DNA of 59,998 bases from positions 1 through 59,998 of the forward strand of contig CAYIBP010000004.1 of the NCBI GenBank assembly GCA_964361705.1, given 5' to 3'. Both the position numbers and the translations under genes were made by a program. Shown piece by piece: positions 25,900-35,943 of the stretch; the first letter of the stretch is position 1, and every line of letters starts with the position of its first letter. The stretch is from an uncultured Candidatus Saccharibacteria bacterium. Lineage in GTDB: Bacteria > Patescibacteriota > Minisyncoccia > Phycocordibacterales > UBA9973. A model generated the notes under the pieces. It saw nothing but the letters and a program-made list of their open reading frames with translations. It was not told the origin of the DNA and ran no database searches.

Positions 25900-26984
25900 A
25901 AGATTTAAAGGGCAAAAAGATTCTAGTGCGTGTGGACTTTAATGTACCCATCAAAGATGGGAAGGTAGAAGACGATTTTAGAATTCAAAAAGCATTGCCG
26001 ACCATAAAATACTTGTCGAATGCTGGGGCAAGGATAATTTTAATTTCTCATTTGAGCAAAGCAAGAGAAACCCTCCTTCCTGTTTCCAGATTCTTAAATA
26101 AATATATCAAGCATGTTTTTGTTTCTGAAGTTCTTGGTGAGAAGGTTTCAAAATCCGTAGCCGAAATGAAAAATGGCGAAGTCATCCTGCTCGAGAATTT
26201 AAGGAATGATATAGGTGAAAAAGAATGCGATAAAATATTTGCTCTGAATCTTGCAAAGCTGGCAGATATATATGTAAATGAAGCGTTTTCTGTGTCTCAC
26301 AGAGAAGATGCCTCGATAATTCTTTTACCAAAACTCTTATCTGCTTATGCGGGATTGCAATTTCTAGAAGAAATAAAATATTTATCCAGAGCGTTTGAAA
26401 AACCCAAGCACCCATTCCTTTTTATCTTAGGTGGAGCCAAATTTTCTACTAAAGTACCCTTGATCAACAAATATTTGAAACTCGCCGACTTGGTTTTTGT
26501 GGGTGGAGCGTTGGCAAATAATCTTTTAAAAGCCAAGGGAAACGAAGTGGGTAAGTCTTTGGTAGACGAAAACTCTTATGATTTTTATGAAATTTTAAAA
26601 AACAAAAAACTTGTCTTACCTGATGACGTAGTGGTGGAGTCCGAAAGTAAATTGCTAAATAAAAATATTGATGAAGTCGAAAAACATGATGTAATAGTGG
26701 ATATTGGCAGAGAGTCCACAGCATTCTTGGTTGAATTAGTTAAAAAATCCAAATTTGTGGTTTGGAATGGACCTTTAGGTAAATCTGAATTGGGCGATAA
26801 TAGCGCTACAAGCACAGTATTGAAAAGTTTTTCGAAATCAAAACAAGAGAGTGTTCTCGGTGGGGGAGATTTGGTGTCTTTTGTAAAAGATGAGAAAGAT
26901 TTTTCTTTTGTTTCTACTGGAGGTGGAGCGATGTTGGAGTTTTTAGTAAATGGCACTCTGCCGGGTATCAAAGCGCTTGAATAA
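25878..26984 (+). CDS. pgk: Phosphoglycerate kinase
   Basis: VRVDFNVP, LLENLR, LGGAK, WNGPLG, GGGD and STGGGAMLE. Confidence 0.96.
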   Translation: MRSIKQVKDLKGKKILVRVDFNVPIKDGKVEDDFRIQKALPTIKYLSNAGARIILISHLSKARETLLPVSRFLNKYIKHVFVSEVLGEKVSKSVAEMKNGEVILLENLRNDIGEKECDKIFALNLAKLADIYVNEAFSVSHREDASIILLPKLLSAYAGLQFLEEIKYLSRAFEKPKHPFLFILGGAKFSTKVPLINKYLKLADLVFVGGALANNLLKAKGNEVGKSLVDENSYDFYEILKNKKLVLPDDVVVESESKLLNKNIDEVEKHDVIVDIGRESTAFLVELVKKSKFVVWNGPLGKSELGDNSATSTVLKSFSKSKQESVLGGGDLVSFVKDEKDFSFVSTGGGAMLEFLVNGTLPGIKALE

Positions 26985-27378
26985 TTTTCTTTGCTTCTTT
27001 TTCTAGTTCTTCTTTACTTGGATTTTTCTTTGGCCAAGGCATTAAGCCATCGTCTTTATATCTAGGCATGATATGTATATGCGAGTGAAAAATAGTCTGT
27101 CCTGCAACAATGCCGTTATTTGTATTTATATTTATTCCCTCTGCTCCTGTGTCTCGCAATGCGTGACTTACCTTTTTCGCTATTTTTATCATGTGTGCCA
27201 AAGTGTCCTCTGGCAGTTCAAATATATTTTCCAAATGATCTTTAGGTATTACGAGTGTATGTCCTACGTGCACAGGCTCGATGTCCAGGAACGCTATGGC
27301 CAAATCGTCCTCATAAATCTTGTAACAAGGGATATCGCCAGTTGCGATTTTGCAAAATAGGCAGTCATCTTTTTTCAT
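26968..27378 (-). CDS. HIT family hydrolase
   Basis: CLFCKI N-terminus, GHTLVIPK and FHSHIHIMPR histidine triad. Confidence 0.93.
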   Translation of the reverse strand: MKKDDCLFCKIATGDIPCYKIYEDDLAIAFLDIEPVHVGHTLVIPKDHLENIFELPEDTLAHMIKIAKKVSHALRDTGAEGININTNNGIVAGQTIFHSHIHIMPRYKDDGLMPWPKKNPSKEELEKEAKKIIQAL

Positions 27379-27414
27379 ACAGTGTATTTTAGCATATATG
27401 TTATTATTTGGTCT

Positions 27415-29085
27415 ATGTATTCGGAACTGATTTCGTCTTTACTAGAAAAGAGAGGCCTAAAAACCAAAGAGGAGATTGAAGTATTTTTAAATCCAGATTA
27501 CGAGCGTGATATGCGTGACCCTTTTTTAATGCGTGATATGGAGCGCGCCTGCGTGAAGTTGTTTGAAGTTATTGATGCAAACGAAAAGACCGTGATTTAT
27601 TCCGACTATGATTGTGATGGTATTCCTGGCGCTGTGATCTTGGAAGATTTATTTAAAAAAGTTGGTTACAAAAATTACGAAATTTATATTCCAAAGAGAA
27701 ATTCAGAGGGGTATGGTTTAAATTTATCTGCAATAAAACAATTTGCAGAAAAAAAAGTAAAATTGCTCGTTACTATTGATCTGGGTATCACGGCTGTAGC
27801 AGAAGTTGCTCAAGCTACCGTAGATGGCATGGAAGTGATAATCACAGACCATCACTTGCCACGCATTGGTGTAAACGGGTTTGTTGATATTGTTTTACCT
27901 CGTGCGTATGCGATTTTAAATCCAAAAATAGATGATTATCCTGAAAAGATGCTCTGTGGTGCGGGAGTTATATTTAAATTTGTGCAGGGTTTTGTAAAAA
28001 AATATGGAGAATATTTTAAAATAAATAATGGCTGGGAAAAATGGTTGCTCGATATGGCTGGACTTGCGACCTTGTCCGATCAGGTCCCTTTGATTGGTGA
28101 AAACAGAGTGATCGCTTATTTTGGTATGAAAGTTTTGCGTAAATCGCCTCGTCCGGGTTTGCAAAAGCTTTTGACTAAAATGAATATTGAACAAAAGCAT
28201 CTCGCAGAAGACGATGTGGGTTTTATGATTACACCTAGATTAAATGCTGCCTCCAGAATGGATGATCCTTTACGCGCTTATGAGTTGCTCGCGACTAGCG
28301 ATGTGGGTGAAGCTGGAGTCCTCGCAGATCATCTGTCAAAAATAAATGACGAGAGGAAGCTAATGGTTACGAATATTATGCGTGAAGTTAATAAAAACTT
28401 TTCAAAAAGAGAACAAAGCGATGTAGTGGTACTAGGCAATCCAAAATGGAAGATAGGAGTGTTGGGTTTGATAGCGGGCAAGGTGATGGATAAATATAAA
28501 AAACCGGTTTTTGTTTGGGGCAGAGACGAGAATGATTTGATAAAAGGTTCGTGTCGTAGTGATGGCTCTGTCTCTGTGGTAGAGCTCATGACAGAGACCA
28601 AAGAATTTTTTGCAGAATTTGGCGGGCATGAGCTCGCTGGAGGGTTTACTGTGCACAATGAAAAGATTCATTTCTTAGAAGAGTCTTTATCTATTTCTTT
28701 TCAAAAAGTGAAACGAGAAAAAAAGACAGACAGTGTGACATATGATGTAGAGACTGGTTTAGATTCTGTGAATATGAAGAATTGGAAAGATTTAGAAAAA
28801 TTAGCGCCATTTGGCATGAGCAACGAGAAACCGATCTTTCTTTTTAATAATGTGAAAGTCGAAAAAATAAAACAATTTGGCAAGAATGGTTCAGGGGAAC
28901 ATCTGGAGATAGTCGTCTCTGACCAAAGTGGCAAAGAAATAAAAGCCGTTGCATTTTTCTCGGGCTTGGATTCTTTTAAAATCCCCATTTTAAATCAAAA
29001 TAAAATAAATCTTTTGGGAACTTTTGATCTTTCTCGTTTCGGCGGACGCACCGAGCTCCGATTGCGGATAGTTGATATAATATAA
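27415..29085 (+). CDS. recJ: ssDNA-specific exonuclease RecJ
   Basis: DYDCDG, TDHH, PRLNAASR, GGHELAGG and L.PFG..N.KP. Start set to MYSELIS. Confidence 0.95.
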   Translation: MYSELISSLLEKRGLKTKEEIEVFLNPDYERDMRDPFLMRDMERACVKLFEVIDANEKTVIYSDYDCDGIPGAVILEDLFKKVGYKNYEIYIPKRNSEGYGLNLSAIKQFAEKKVKLLVTIDLGITAVAEVAQATVDGMEVIITDHHLPRIGVNGFVDIVLPRAYAILNPKIDDYPEKMLCGAGVIFKFVQGFVKKYGEYFKINNGWEKWLLDMAGLATLSDQVPLIGENRVIAYFGMKVLRKSPRPGLQKLLTKMNIEQKHLAEDDVGFMITPRLNAASRMDDPLRAYELLATSDVGEAGVLADHLSKINDERKLMVTNIMREVNKNFSKREQSDVVVLGNPKWKIGVLGLIAGKVMDKYKKPVFVWGRDENDLIKGSCRSDGSVSVVELMTETKEFFAEFGGHELAGGFTVHNEKIHFLEESLSISFQKVKREKKTDSVTYDVETGLDSVNMKNWKDLEKLAPFGMSNEKPIFLFNNVKVEKIKQFGKNGSGEHLEIVVSDQSGKEIKAVAFFSGLDSFKIPILNQNKINLLGTFDLSRFGGRTELRLRIVDII

Positions 29086-29088
29086 AAT

Positions 29089-29568
29089 ATGAAAAATGAA
29101 AAAATCACAATTTACACAGATGGGGCGGCGAAAGGAAATCCGGGGAAGGCTGGCTGGGCAGTAATTTTATTTATAGATAAAAAGGTTATTGAGCTTGGCG
29201 GATTTTCTCCTCACGCTACCAATAATCAGATGGAGCTAACCGCGCCTATAGAAGCATTGAAATATTTGCAAAAGAACATCGCTAGGCAAGGCCTAACGAC
29301 AAGAGAAATTGAAATTTTCTCAGATTCAAAATATGTGATTCTAGGTATAACCGAATGGATATTTAATTGGCAGAAGAATAATTGGCGAAATGCTGCAAAA
29401 AAACCTGTTTTAAACAAAGAACTCTGGCAAGAACTTTTTGATCTTACGCAAAATTTCAAAATAAAATGGAAATATGTAGAAGGGCATAGTGGAGATAAAT
29501 GGAACGAAAGAGCCGATGAAATAGCTACTAGCTTTGCGGATGGAGTATCGGTTGATTTATCAGCATGA
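29089..29568 (+). CDS. rnhA: Ribonuclease HI
   Basis: YTDGAAKGNPG, TNNQMEL, DSKYV and GHSGDKWNERAD. Confidence 0.96.
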   Translation: MKNEKITIYTDGAAKGNPGKAGWAVILFIDKKVIELGGFSPHATNNQMELTAPIEALKYLQKNIARQGLTTREIEIFSDSKYVILGITEWIFNWQKNNWRNAAKKPVLNKELWQELFDLTQNFKIKWKYVEGHSGDKWNERADEIATSFADGVSVDLSA

Positions 29569-31040
29569 AAGAAAAAATATTTTTTACGGTTTGTTTTGGC
29601 TTTATTTTTGGTGTGCTTGCGCGCTCTATGTTTTTTATTGATTTTCATCTGGCTTTATTTTTAAGCGTGATGTCTTTGGCGTTTCTTTTATTTTTTAAAT
29701 TTGTTTCCAAACATGATATTGGGATTTTGATTTCTGTTTTGATGTTACTTTTTTCTTTTGGTACCATCAGATTTCATTTCAGTAATATTGCGCCTCCTCT
29801 TTTGTTTGAAAGCAAACTTGATCAAGAAGTTGTGCTTATGGGTAAAATAATAGATGAGCCAGATATCAGAGAAAATAACAAAAAAGTTCTTTTTGAGGCA
29901 AAAGAAGATGGATATAAAGTTAGAGTTTTAATTACGGCGGATTTTGGTCTTGATTTGAGATACGGAGATGAGATAAAGGTCCGAGGAGTCTTAGAGAAAC
30001 CAGAAAATTTCATTACAGATCAAGGCAAAGAGTTTGATTATGTAAATTATTTGCGAAAGGACGAGATTTTCTATCTTATGAGATATGTGGATGTTGAGGT
30101 TTTATCAAGTGGGCACGGGAACTTTTTGAAGGTTTTTTTGTTTTCGATAAAGGAGAAATTTTCAAGCAAAATAAATCTTGCTGTCAGAGAACCTGAATCA
30201 TTGCTTTTGGGCGGGCTCATCTTAGGAGAAAAATCCGCCTTTAGTGATTCTTTGAGAAAAAACTTTGTGGATACTGGCACGATACACATCGTTTCTCTTT
30301 CTGGCTACAATATTACTATAATTGCCGAGTGGATAATGAAAGTCTTCTCTGTGTTTCCACAAACTTTTGCTATTGGAGCTGGGATTCTTTCTATTTTACT
30401 TTTTATTTTGATGACAGGCGGAGCTTCTACTGCTATTCGCGCGGGAATAATGGCAGTTTTAGCTTTGTACGCTCGCGCCTCTGGCAGGAATTATGATGTG
30501 GCGCGAGCGCTTTTGCTTGCGGGCGTGGTGATGACATTGATCAATCCATTTGTACTCTACTATGATGTGTCTTTCCAGCTTTCTTTCTTGGCTACTATTG
30601 CTGTGATATTTTTTGCGCCTAGAGTGGAGAAGTATTTTCAATGGATTACAAAGAGTTTCGGTCTGCGAGATATTATTTCTGTCACCAGCGCTGTGTATAT
30701 TTTTGTCCTACCTTTTATTTTGTACAAGATGGGTAATCTATCCCTTGTCGCCTTGCCTGCGAATATTTTTATATTGCCTTTTATTCCTATCACTATGGGT
30801 ATTGGATTCCTGACTGGTTTTGCAGGATTGTTCTCTTATTTTCTTTCTGTGCCGTTTGGATATTTATCATACCAACTGCTTCATTATGAGCTCGCTGTTG
30901 TTGATTTCTTTGCGCGTGTTCCATTTGCCTCTCTGTCTATCCCAGATTTTCCACTAGTTTTGACGGTTCTTATCTATGCTTGTTTTGCATACAAGCTTTT
31001 CGGAAGAGATATAAAAGAATCTTTTACTTCACCTCGTTAA
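29565..31040 (+). CDS. comEC: ComEC/Rec2 competence channel, membrane (N-terminal) part
   Basis: OB-like region followed by GTIHIVSLSGYNI, RAGIM and DVSFQLSFLAT. Confidence 0.92.
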   Translation: MKEKIFFTVCFGFIFGVLARSMFFIDFHLALFLSVMSLAFLLFFKFVSKHDIGILISVLMLLFSFGTIRFHFSNIAPPLLFESKLDQEVVLMGKIIDEPDIRENNKKVLFEAKEDGYKVRVLITADFGLDLRYGDEIKVRGVLEKPENFITDQGKEFDYVNYLRKDEIFYLMRYVDVEVLSSGHGNFLKVFLFSIKEKFSSKINLAVREPESLLLGGLILGEKSAFSDSLRKNFVDTGTIHIVSLSGYNITIIAEWIMKVFSVFPQTFAIGAGILSILLFILMTGGASTAIRAGIMAVLALYARASGRNYDVARALLLAGVVMTLINPFVLYYDVSFQLSFLATIAVIFFAPRVEKYFQWITKSFGLRDIISVTSAVYIFVLPFILYKMGNLSLVALPANIFILPFIPITMGIGFLTGFAGLFSYFLSVPFGYLSYQLLHYELAVVDFFARVPFASLSIPDFPLVLTVLIYACFAYKLFGRDIKESFTSPR

Positions 31041-31617
31041 AGTTTTCTTCAACAACTTCCCAATTCAGATTTTTAAAAAATGTTTCCACATATTTTTTCT
31101 TTTCGGAGGTTGGGTAGTCGTACACAAATGCATGTTCCCACATATCGAGCGCGAGGATAAGAGTGCAGTCTTGTAGTTGGCCTATATGCTGTTCGTCTAT
31201 CCAAGTCATCAGCAACCTTTTTTCTTTTCTGTCGTAGTAGAGCATTGCCCAGCCTATGCCTCGGGTGAGGGCTATGGATTTGAAACGATTGAGCCATGAA
31301 TCAAATGAGCCCCATTCTTCTGTAATCGCTTTTTTTAATTCATTCATCTCTGTAAGATCTTTTGGACCATTTTCAAGTGAAGAAAAATAAACTTCGTGAT
31401 TTCTCATACCATTGTATTCAAAACCAAATCTTCTTTGTACTTCGCCTAAAGCATAGGCATTCTTTTCCGCATCTTGCGCGAGCTCATTTATCTTTTCCAA
31501 TATTAAATTGCTATTTTTTACATAGCCCGCATAGAGTTTCAAGTGCTCCTCTATGTTTTTATTAGAAATGCCTTTTAATGTTCCAATATTAAACTTTTTT
31601 TCTTCAAATGTTTTCAT
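31024..31617 (-). CDS. sod: Fe/Mn superoxide dismutase
   Basis: EEHLKLY.GYV, NHEVYF, GSFDSW and DMWEHAFVYDY metal ligands. Confidence 0.92.
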   Translation of the reverse strand: MKTFEEKKFNIGTLKGISNKNIEEHLKLYAGYVKNSNLILEKINELAQDAEKNAYALGEVQRRFGFEYNGMRNHEVYFSSLENGPKDLTEMNELKKAITEEWGSFDSWLNRFKSIALTRGIGWAMLYYDRKEKRLLMTWIDEQHIGQLQDCTLILALDMWEHAFVYDYPTSEKKKYVETFFKNLNWEVVEENFNEVK

Positions 31618-31634
31618 ATGCTAGCATTATACCA

Positions 31635-32501
31635 ATGTTTCAGAATTGTAAGAAATATTGGTTGTTTTGGCTGACATTGGCACTTATCGCCGTGAATGTT
31701 TTTATCTTTCGTCTTGATTGGCAAAGCTCTAATAAGGGTTTTACTTTTGCGATGCTAGATGTAGGTCAAGGCGATGCTCTCTTTGTAGAATCTCCCACTG
31801 GTACGCAAGTACTGATAGATGGGGGTGGTGAAAGAAAAATATTAAGCCAACTTTCACGCATCATGAGTCCTTTTGACAGGAGTATAGATGCTCTAATAAT
31901 TACAAATCCAGATCAAGATCACATAGGTGGATTTCTGGATGTTTTGAAAGTTTACAAAGTGGGCAGAGTCTTTGAACCAGGCACAATCAATGATTCAAGA
32001 GTTTATCGAAATTTAAAAAATGAAATAAACAAAAATAAAATACCAAATATTTTGGCAAAAAAGGGAATGATATTGGATCTTGGGGCTGGAGTCAAAATAG
32101 AAATCTTGTTTCCTGATCGTGATGTGTCTTTGTTCTCTACCAACGATGGTTCAGTGGTTGCTCGACTTTCTTATGGAGAAAATTCCATGATGCTTATGGG
32201 AGACTCAACTGTAAAAACAGAAAAAATAATTTTACAAAATTACAAAAAAGAAAATTTAGAAAGTGATATTTTAAAAGTAGGACATCACGGTTCGCGCACT
32301 TCAACCAGTGATAAGTTTCTAGAAGCCGTTTCTCCCAAATATGCTTTTGTTTCAAATAGTAAGAATAATAAATATGGTCATCCGCACAAGGAAATCTTGG
32401 ATATTTTAGGCTCTTTTGGAGTGGATATACTGAGGACGGACCAGCTTGGTACTATCATCTTTAGGTGTGATACAATAAAGCAATGCAAGATAAAAAAGTA
32501 G
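31635..32501 (+). CDS. ComEC-type metallo-beta-lactamase domain protein (separate C-terminal part of ComEC)
   Basis: LDVGQGDA, ITNPDQDHIGG, NDGSVV, GD, LKVGHHGS and NKYGHPH. Confidence 0.9.
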   Translation: MFQNCKKYWLFWLTLALIAVNVFIFRLDWQSSNKGFTFAMLDVGQGDALFVESPTGTQVLIDGGGERKILSQLSRIMSPFDRSIDALIITNPDQDHIGGFLDVLKVYKVGRVFEPGTINDSRVYRNLKNEINKNKIPNILAKKGMILDLGAGVKIEILFPDRDVSLFSTNDGSVVARLSYGENSMMLMGDSTVKTEKIILQNYKKENLESDILKVGHHGSRTSTSDKFLEAVSPKYAFVSNSKNNKYGHPHKEILDILGSFGVDILRTDQLGTIIFRCDTIKQCKIKK

Positions 32502-33727
32502 AAAAACTAATACAGGGGGAGCAAAAGAGACAGTCAGAAGGGTTGGAACTCATTCCTTCTGAAAATTATGTTTCGGCAGATGTCTTGGCGGCAAACGGTT
32601 CTATTTTTACAAATAAATATTCCGAAGGTTATCCGGGTAGGCGATATTATGGTGGGCAGGAGTTTACTGATCAAGTAGAAACTCTGGCGATAGAACGCGT
32701 AAAGAAACTTTTTAAATGTAAATTTGCAAATGTGCAGGCGCATTCCGGCGCACCGGCGAATCTGGCTGTGTATTCTGCACTCCTTGAGCCGGGTGACACT
32801 GTGCTCGGTATGGATCTCTCTCACGGCGGACATCTGACCCATGGACACCCGATGACATTGCCGGCAAAGATATATAAATTTGTCACATACAAGATGAAAG
32901 ACCCTGACACTGGAGAAATAGATTATGAAAATCTCCGCAAGGTTGCTTTGGAAACAAAACCAAAAATAATTCTTGCTGGATTTTCCGCGTATCCTCGTAC
33001 TTTGAACTATAAAAAATTTGTAGACATAGCACGTGAAGTCGGAGCGATAACCATGGCAGATATGGCACACATTGCAGGGCTCATAGCGGCGGGAGTTTTA
33101 CGCAATCCTTTCGCTGATGGTTTTGATATTATCACTTCCACTACACACAAGACGCTCCGCGGACCAAGAGGAGGTTTGATACTCACTAGAGAAAACGAAG
33201 AGATTGCCAAAAAAATAGACAAAGCAATTTTCCCCGGTATTCAAGGTGGTCCGCATATGCATACCATAGCTGCTAAGGCAGTGGCATTTGGCGAGGCAAT
33301 GAGCCCAAAATTTAAAGTTTACGCAAAACAAATTTTGAAAAATGCCAAAGCGATGGAAAAAGTTTTCAAGAAAAATAAAATCCGCATGATCGGCGGAGGC
33401 ACGGACAATCATTTATTACTCGTAGATGTTTTTGGTTCACTCGGAGTTACAGGCAAAGAAGCGCAGAGTGTGCTCGATGAAGTGGGTATAACTTTGAATA
33501 TGAACAGCATAGCAGGGGATACAAGAAAACCACTTGACCCTTCAGGTATTCGCTTCGGCACACCAGCCATCACAACTCGAGGTTTCAAAGAACCACAGTG
33601 TGCTCGCGTGGCAGAGCTGATGCTAGAGGTCCTGAAAAGTAAAGATAACAAAAAAGTAAAAGAAAAAGCGCACAAAGAAATAATTAAGCTCGCCAAAAAG
33701 TTCCCAATACCCAAAAAGTTTGTATAG
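32483..33727 (+). CDS. glyA: Serine hydroxymethyltransferase
   Basis: LIPSENY, NKYSEGYPG, GGHLTHG and STTHKTLRGPRGG. Confidence 0.97.
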   Translation: MQDKKVEKLIQGEQKRQSEGLELIPSENYVSADVLAANGSIFTNKYSEGYPGRRYYGGQEFTDQVETLAIERVKKLFKCKFANVQAHSGAPANLAVYSALLEPGDTVLGMDLSHGGHLTHGHPMTLPAKIYKFVTYKMKDPDTGEIDYENLRKVALETKPKIILAGFSAYPRTLNYKKFVDIAREVGAITMADMAHIAGLIAAGVLRNPFADGFDIITSTTHKTLRGPRGGLILTRENEEIAKKIDKAIFPGIQGGPHMHTIAAKAVAFGEAMSPKFKVYAKQILKNAKAMEKVFKKNKIRMIGGGTDNHLLLVDVFGSLGVTGKEAQSVLDEVGITLNMNSIAGDTRKPLDPSGIRFGTPAITTRGFKEPQCARVAELMLEVLKSKDNKKVKEKAHKEIIKLAKKFPIPKKFV

Positions 33728-33733
33728 TATAAT

Positions 33734-34333
33734 ATGCTTCCACAAGAAATAGTATTTATATCAATTGCTACTTCGCTCTTTGCTGGATTTTTCTATCTTC
33801 GCGATACCTTGAAAGGGGAAACAAAACCGAATCGTATAACTTGGCTTATCTGGGTTATAGCTCCAGCCGTAGCGGCCGGAGTGCAGTTTCAAAAAGGAGC
33901 TGGGCTCTCTGCTTTGCCAATTTTTATGGCAGGAGTTGTACCATTTTTTGTTTTTCTTGCTTCTTTTAAAAACAAGAATTCATATTGGAAGTTAGGTGTT
34001 TTTGATTATGTGTGTTTGGCATTGTCACTTCTGGCGATTTTCTTCTGGCTTTATCTGAAAGAGGGAGTTCTGGCGACGATTCTCGCGATACTAGCTGATC
34101 TGATAGCTTTTGCTCCAACATACAAAAAATCTTGGGACTATCCTAATACAGAAACCATAACTCCATATCTTTCAGGTTCTTTTAACGCATTACTTAGTCT
34201 TTTTACGCTTTCATTTTTCAGTTTTAATACCGCCGGCTTTGCCGTGTATCTGTTTTTTTGTAATTTAATCGAAGTTATATTAGTATTGTATAGACGAAAA
34301 GTGTTAGCAAAAGATTTATCCAAAGTATTATGA
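33734..34333 (+). CDS. Multi-pass membrane protein of unknown function
   Basis: About 7 hydrophobic segments; KGETKPNRITW and PTYKKSW..P..E motifs. Confidence 0.7.
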   Translation: MLPQEIVFISIATSLFAGFFYLRDTLKGETKPNRITWLIWVIAPAVAAGVQFQKGAGLSALPIFMAGVVPFFVFLASFKNKNSYWKLGVFDYVCLALSLLAIFFWLYLKEGVLATILAILADLIAFAPTYKKSWDYPNTETITPYLSGSFNALLSLFTLSFFSFNTAGFAVYLFFCNLIEVILVLYRRKVLAKDLSKVL

Positions 34334-35028
34334 AAAAAAAGAAAGGCAAACTCATAGTGATAGATGGTACAGATGGTTCTGGTAAACATACACAGGTCGA
34401 GCTTTTGGCGAAGACCCTGAGGGACGAAGGGTGGAGAATTAAGATTATAGATTTTCCTGAATATTACAAAAATTTTTTCGGAGCTTTTATTGGGCATTGT
34501 TTGTCAAAGCAGTATTACAATTGGGTCGGCGTGCATCCAAAGATTGCTTCTATCGCCTATGCGGCAGATCGTTTTGAATCAAGCAAAGATATTAGAAAGT
34601 TTTTGGATCAAGGTTACATTGTGATAGCCAATAGGTATGTTTCTGCAAATCAAATACATCAAGGAGGTAAAATAAAAAGCGCGAAAAAAAGAGAAGCATT
34701 TATAAAATGGCTGGATCAGATGGAGTATGGAGTTTTTGGTATACCGAAACCTGATGTTACTTTTTATTTGAGTTTGCCTATTGATATAGTGATGGATTTG
34801 ATAAAGAATCGCGAGAGTAGCAAGACGAAACGCGCGTATTTAAAAAAGAAAAAGGATATTTATGAAGCCGATATAGAATTTCAAAAAAATTCTATAAATA
34901 GTGCTCTCTGGCTTGTAAAAAAAGTTCCAAATTTTATAAAAATAGAATGTGCGGAAAAAGGGGAGATTCTGCCGAGAGAAGTGATACACGAAAAAATTTA
35001 CGAAAAGGTGAAGAAAGTTATAAAATAG
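34330..35028 (+). CDS. tmk: Thymidylate kinase
   Basis: DGTDGSGK.TQ P-loop, DRF, NRYVSAN.IHQG and PKPDVTFYL. Confidence 0.9.
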   Translation: MKKKKGKLIVIDGTDGSGKHTQVELLAKTLRDEGWRIKIIDFPEYYKNFFGAFIGHCLSKQYYNWVGVHPKIASIAYAADRFESSKDIRKFLDQGYIVIANRYVSANQIHQGGKIKSAKKREAFIKWLDQMEYGVFGIPKPDVTFYLSLPIDIVMDLIKNRESSKTKRAYLKKKKDIYEADIEFQKNSINSALWLVKKVPNFIKIECAEKGEILPREVIHEKIYEKVKKVIK

Positions 35029-35035
35029 GTTTATT

Positions 35036-35518
35036 ATGCAGATTCCGATTGTAAACGAACAAGACGAGATGATAGGGTATCAAGAGAGAGAAACTAGGAA
35101 TCCTAAAGATATTTGTCGTGTTACAAGTCTTTGGCTTACCGATACAGCTGGCAATATTTTGCTCGCGCAGAGATCTTTTGAAAAGAAAAATGGTCCTGGA
35201 CTTTGGGGCACAGCTGTTTCTGGTACAGTAGAGGAGGGTGAGACTTACGAATCAAATATAATAAAAGAAGCGGAAGAAGAAATAGGATTGAAAGATTTAA
35301 AGCCCCTGATAGGACCGAAATTTAGAAGGTCTACTACTCATGAATATTTTGGACAATGGTTTACTGCGATGGTGTCACACGATTATCCTTTTGTGAAAAA
35401 AGACGATGAGGTTGAGCAAATCAAGTGGTTTACAAAAGACGAAATAAAAAAGTTACTAGAAGAAAAACCAGAGATTTTTTTGAAAAATTTTAAGCAATAT
35501 AATTTTTGGCTGGAATAA
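35036..35518 (+). CDS. NUDIX hydrolase (IDI-like subgroup)
   Basis: LLAQRS..K...PGLW, GTVEEGETY...KEAEEEIG Nudix box. Confidence 0.85.
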   Translation: MQIPIVNEQDEMIGYQERETRNPKDICRVTSLWLTDTAGNILLAQRSFEKKNGPGLWGTAVSGTVEEGETYESNIIKEAEEEIGLKDLKPLIGPKFRRSTTHEYFGQWFTAMVSHDYPFVKKDDEVEQIKWFTKDEIKKLLEEKPEIFLKNFKQYNFWLE

Positions 35519-35519
35519 A

Positions 35520-35942
35520 ATGCAAATCAAAGTAAAAAAATTAAAAGAAAATGCAAAATTACCGCAATATCACCATCCTGGAGATGTGGGTATGGATGTG
35601 TACGCCATGGAGACAGTGACCATCGCGCCGATGGAGCATTATCGTTTTTGGCATGGATTTGCTCTAGAATTTCCAGAGGGTTACGGGGCGATTATCATGG
35701 ATAAAAGCAGTATTTCAAAAGCAGGGCTTGCTCACATGGGAGGTGTGTTTGATGCGGGATATCGGGGAGAGTACAATACTCATCTGGTCAATTTGTCTGA
35801 TAGACCTTATACTGTTGAGGAAGGAGATAAAGTGGCTCAGATTTTAATTTTGCCCGTAATGCGTGCAGATATCTTGGAAGTTGAAGAATTGAGTGAATCC
35901 GCCCGTGGAGACGGAAAGTTTGGTAGCACCGGTCGTAAATAA
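35520..35942 (+). CDS. dut: dUTP diphosphatase
   Basis: GMDV, GVFDAGYRGE, GDKVAQ and RGDGKFGSTG motifs. Confidence 0.95.
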   Translation: MQIKVKKLKENAKLPQYHHPGDVGMDVYAMETVTIAPMEHYRFWHGFALEFPEGYGAIIMDKSSISKAGLAHMGGVFDAGYRGEYNTHLVNLSDRPYTVEEGDKVAQILILPVMRADILEVEELSESARGDGKFGSTGRK

Positions 35943-35943
35943 A

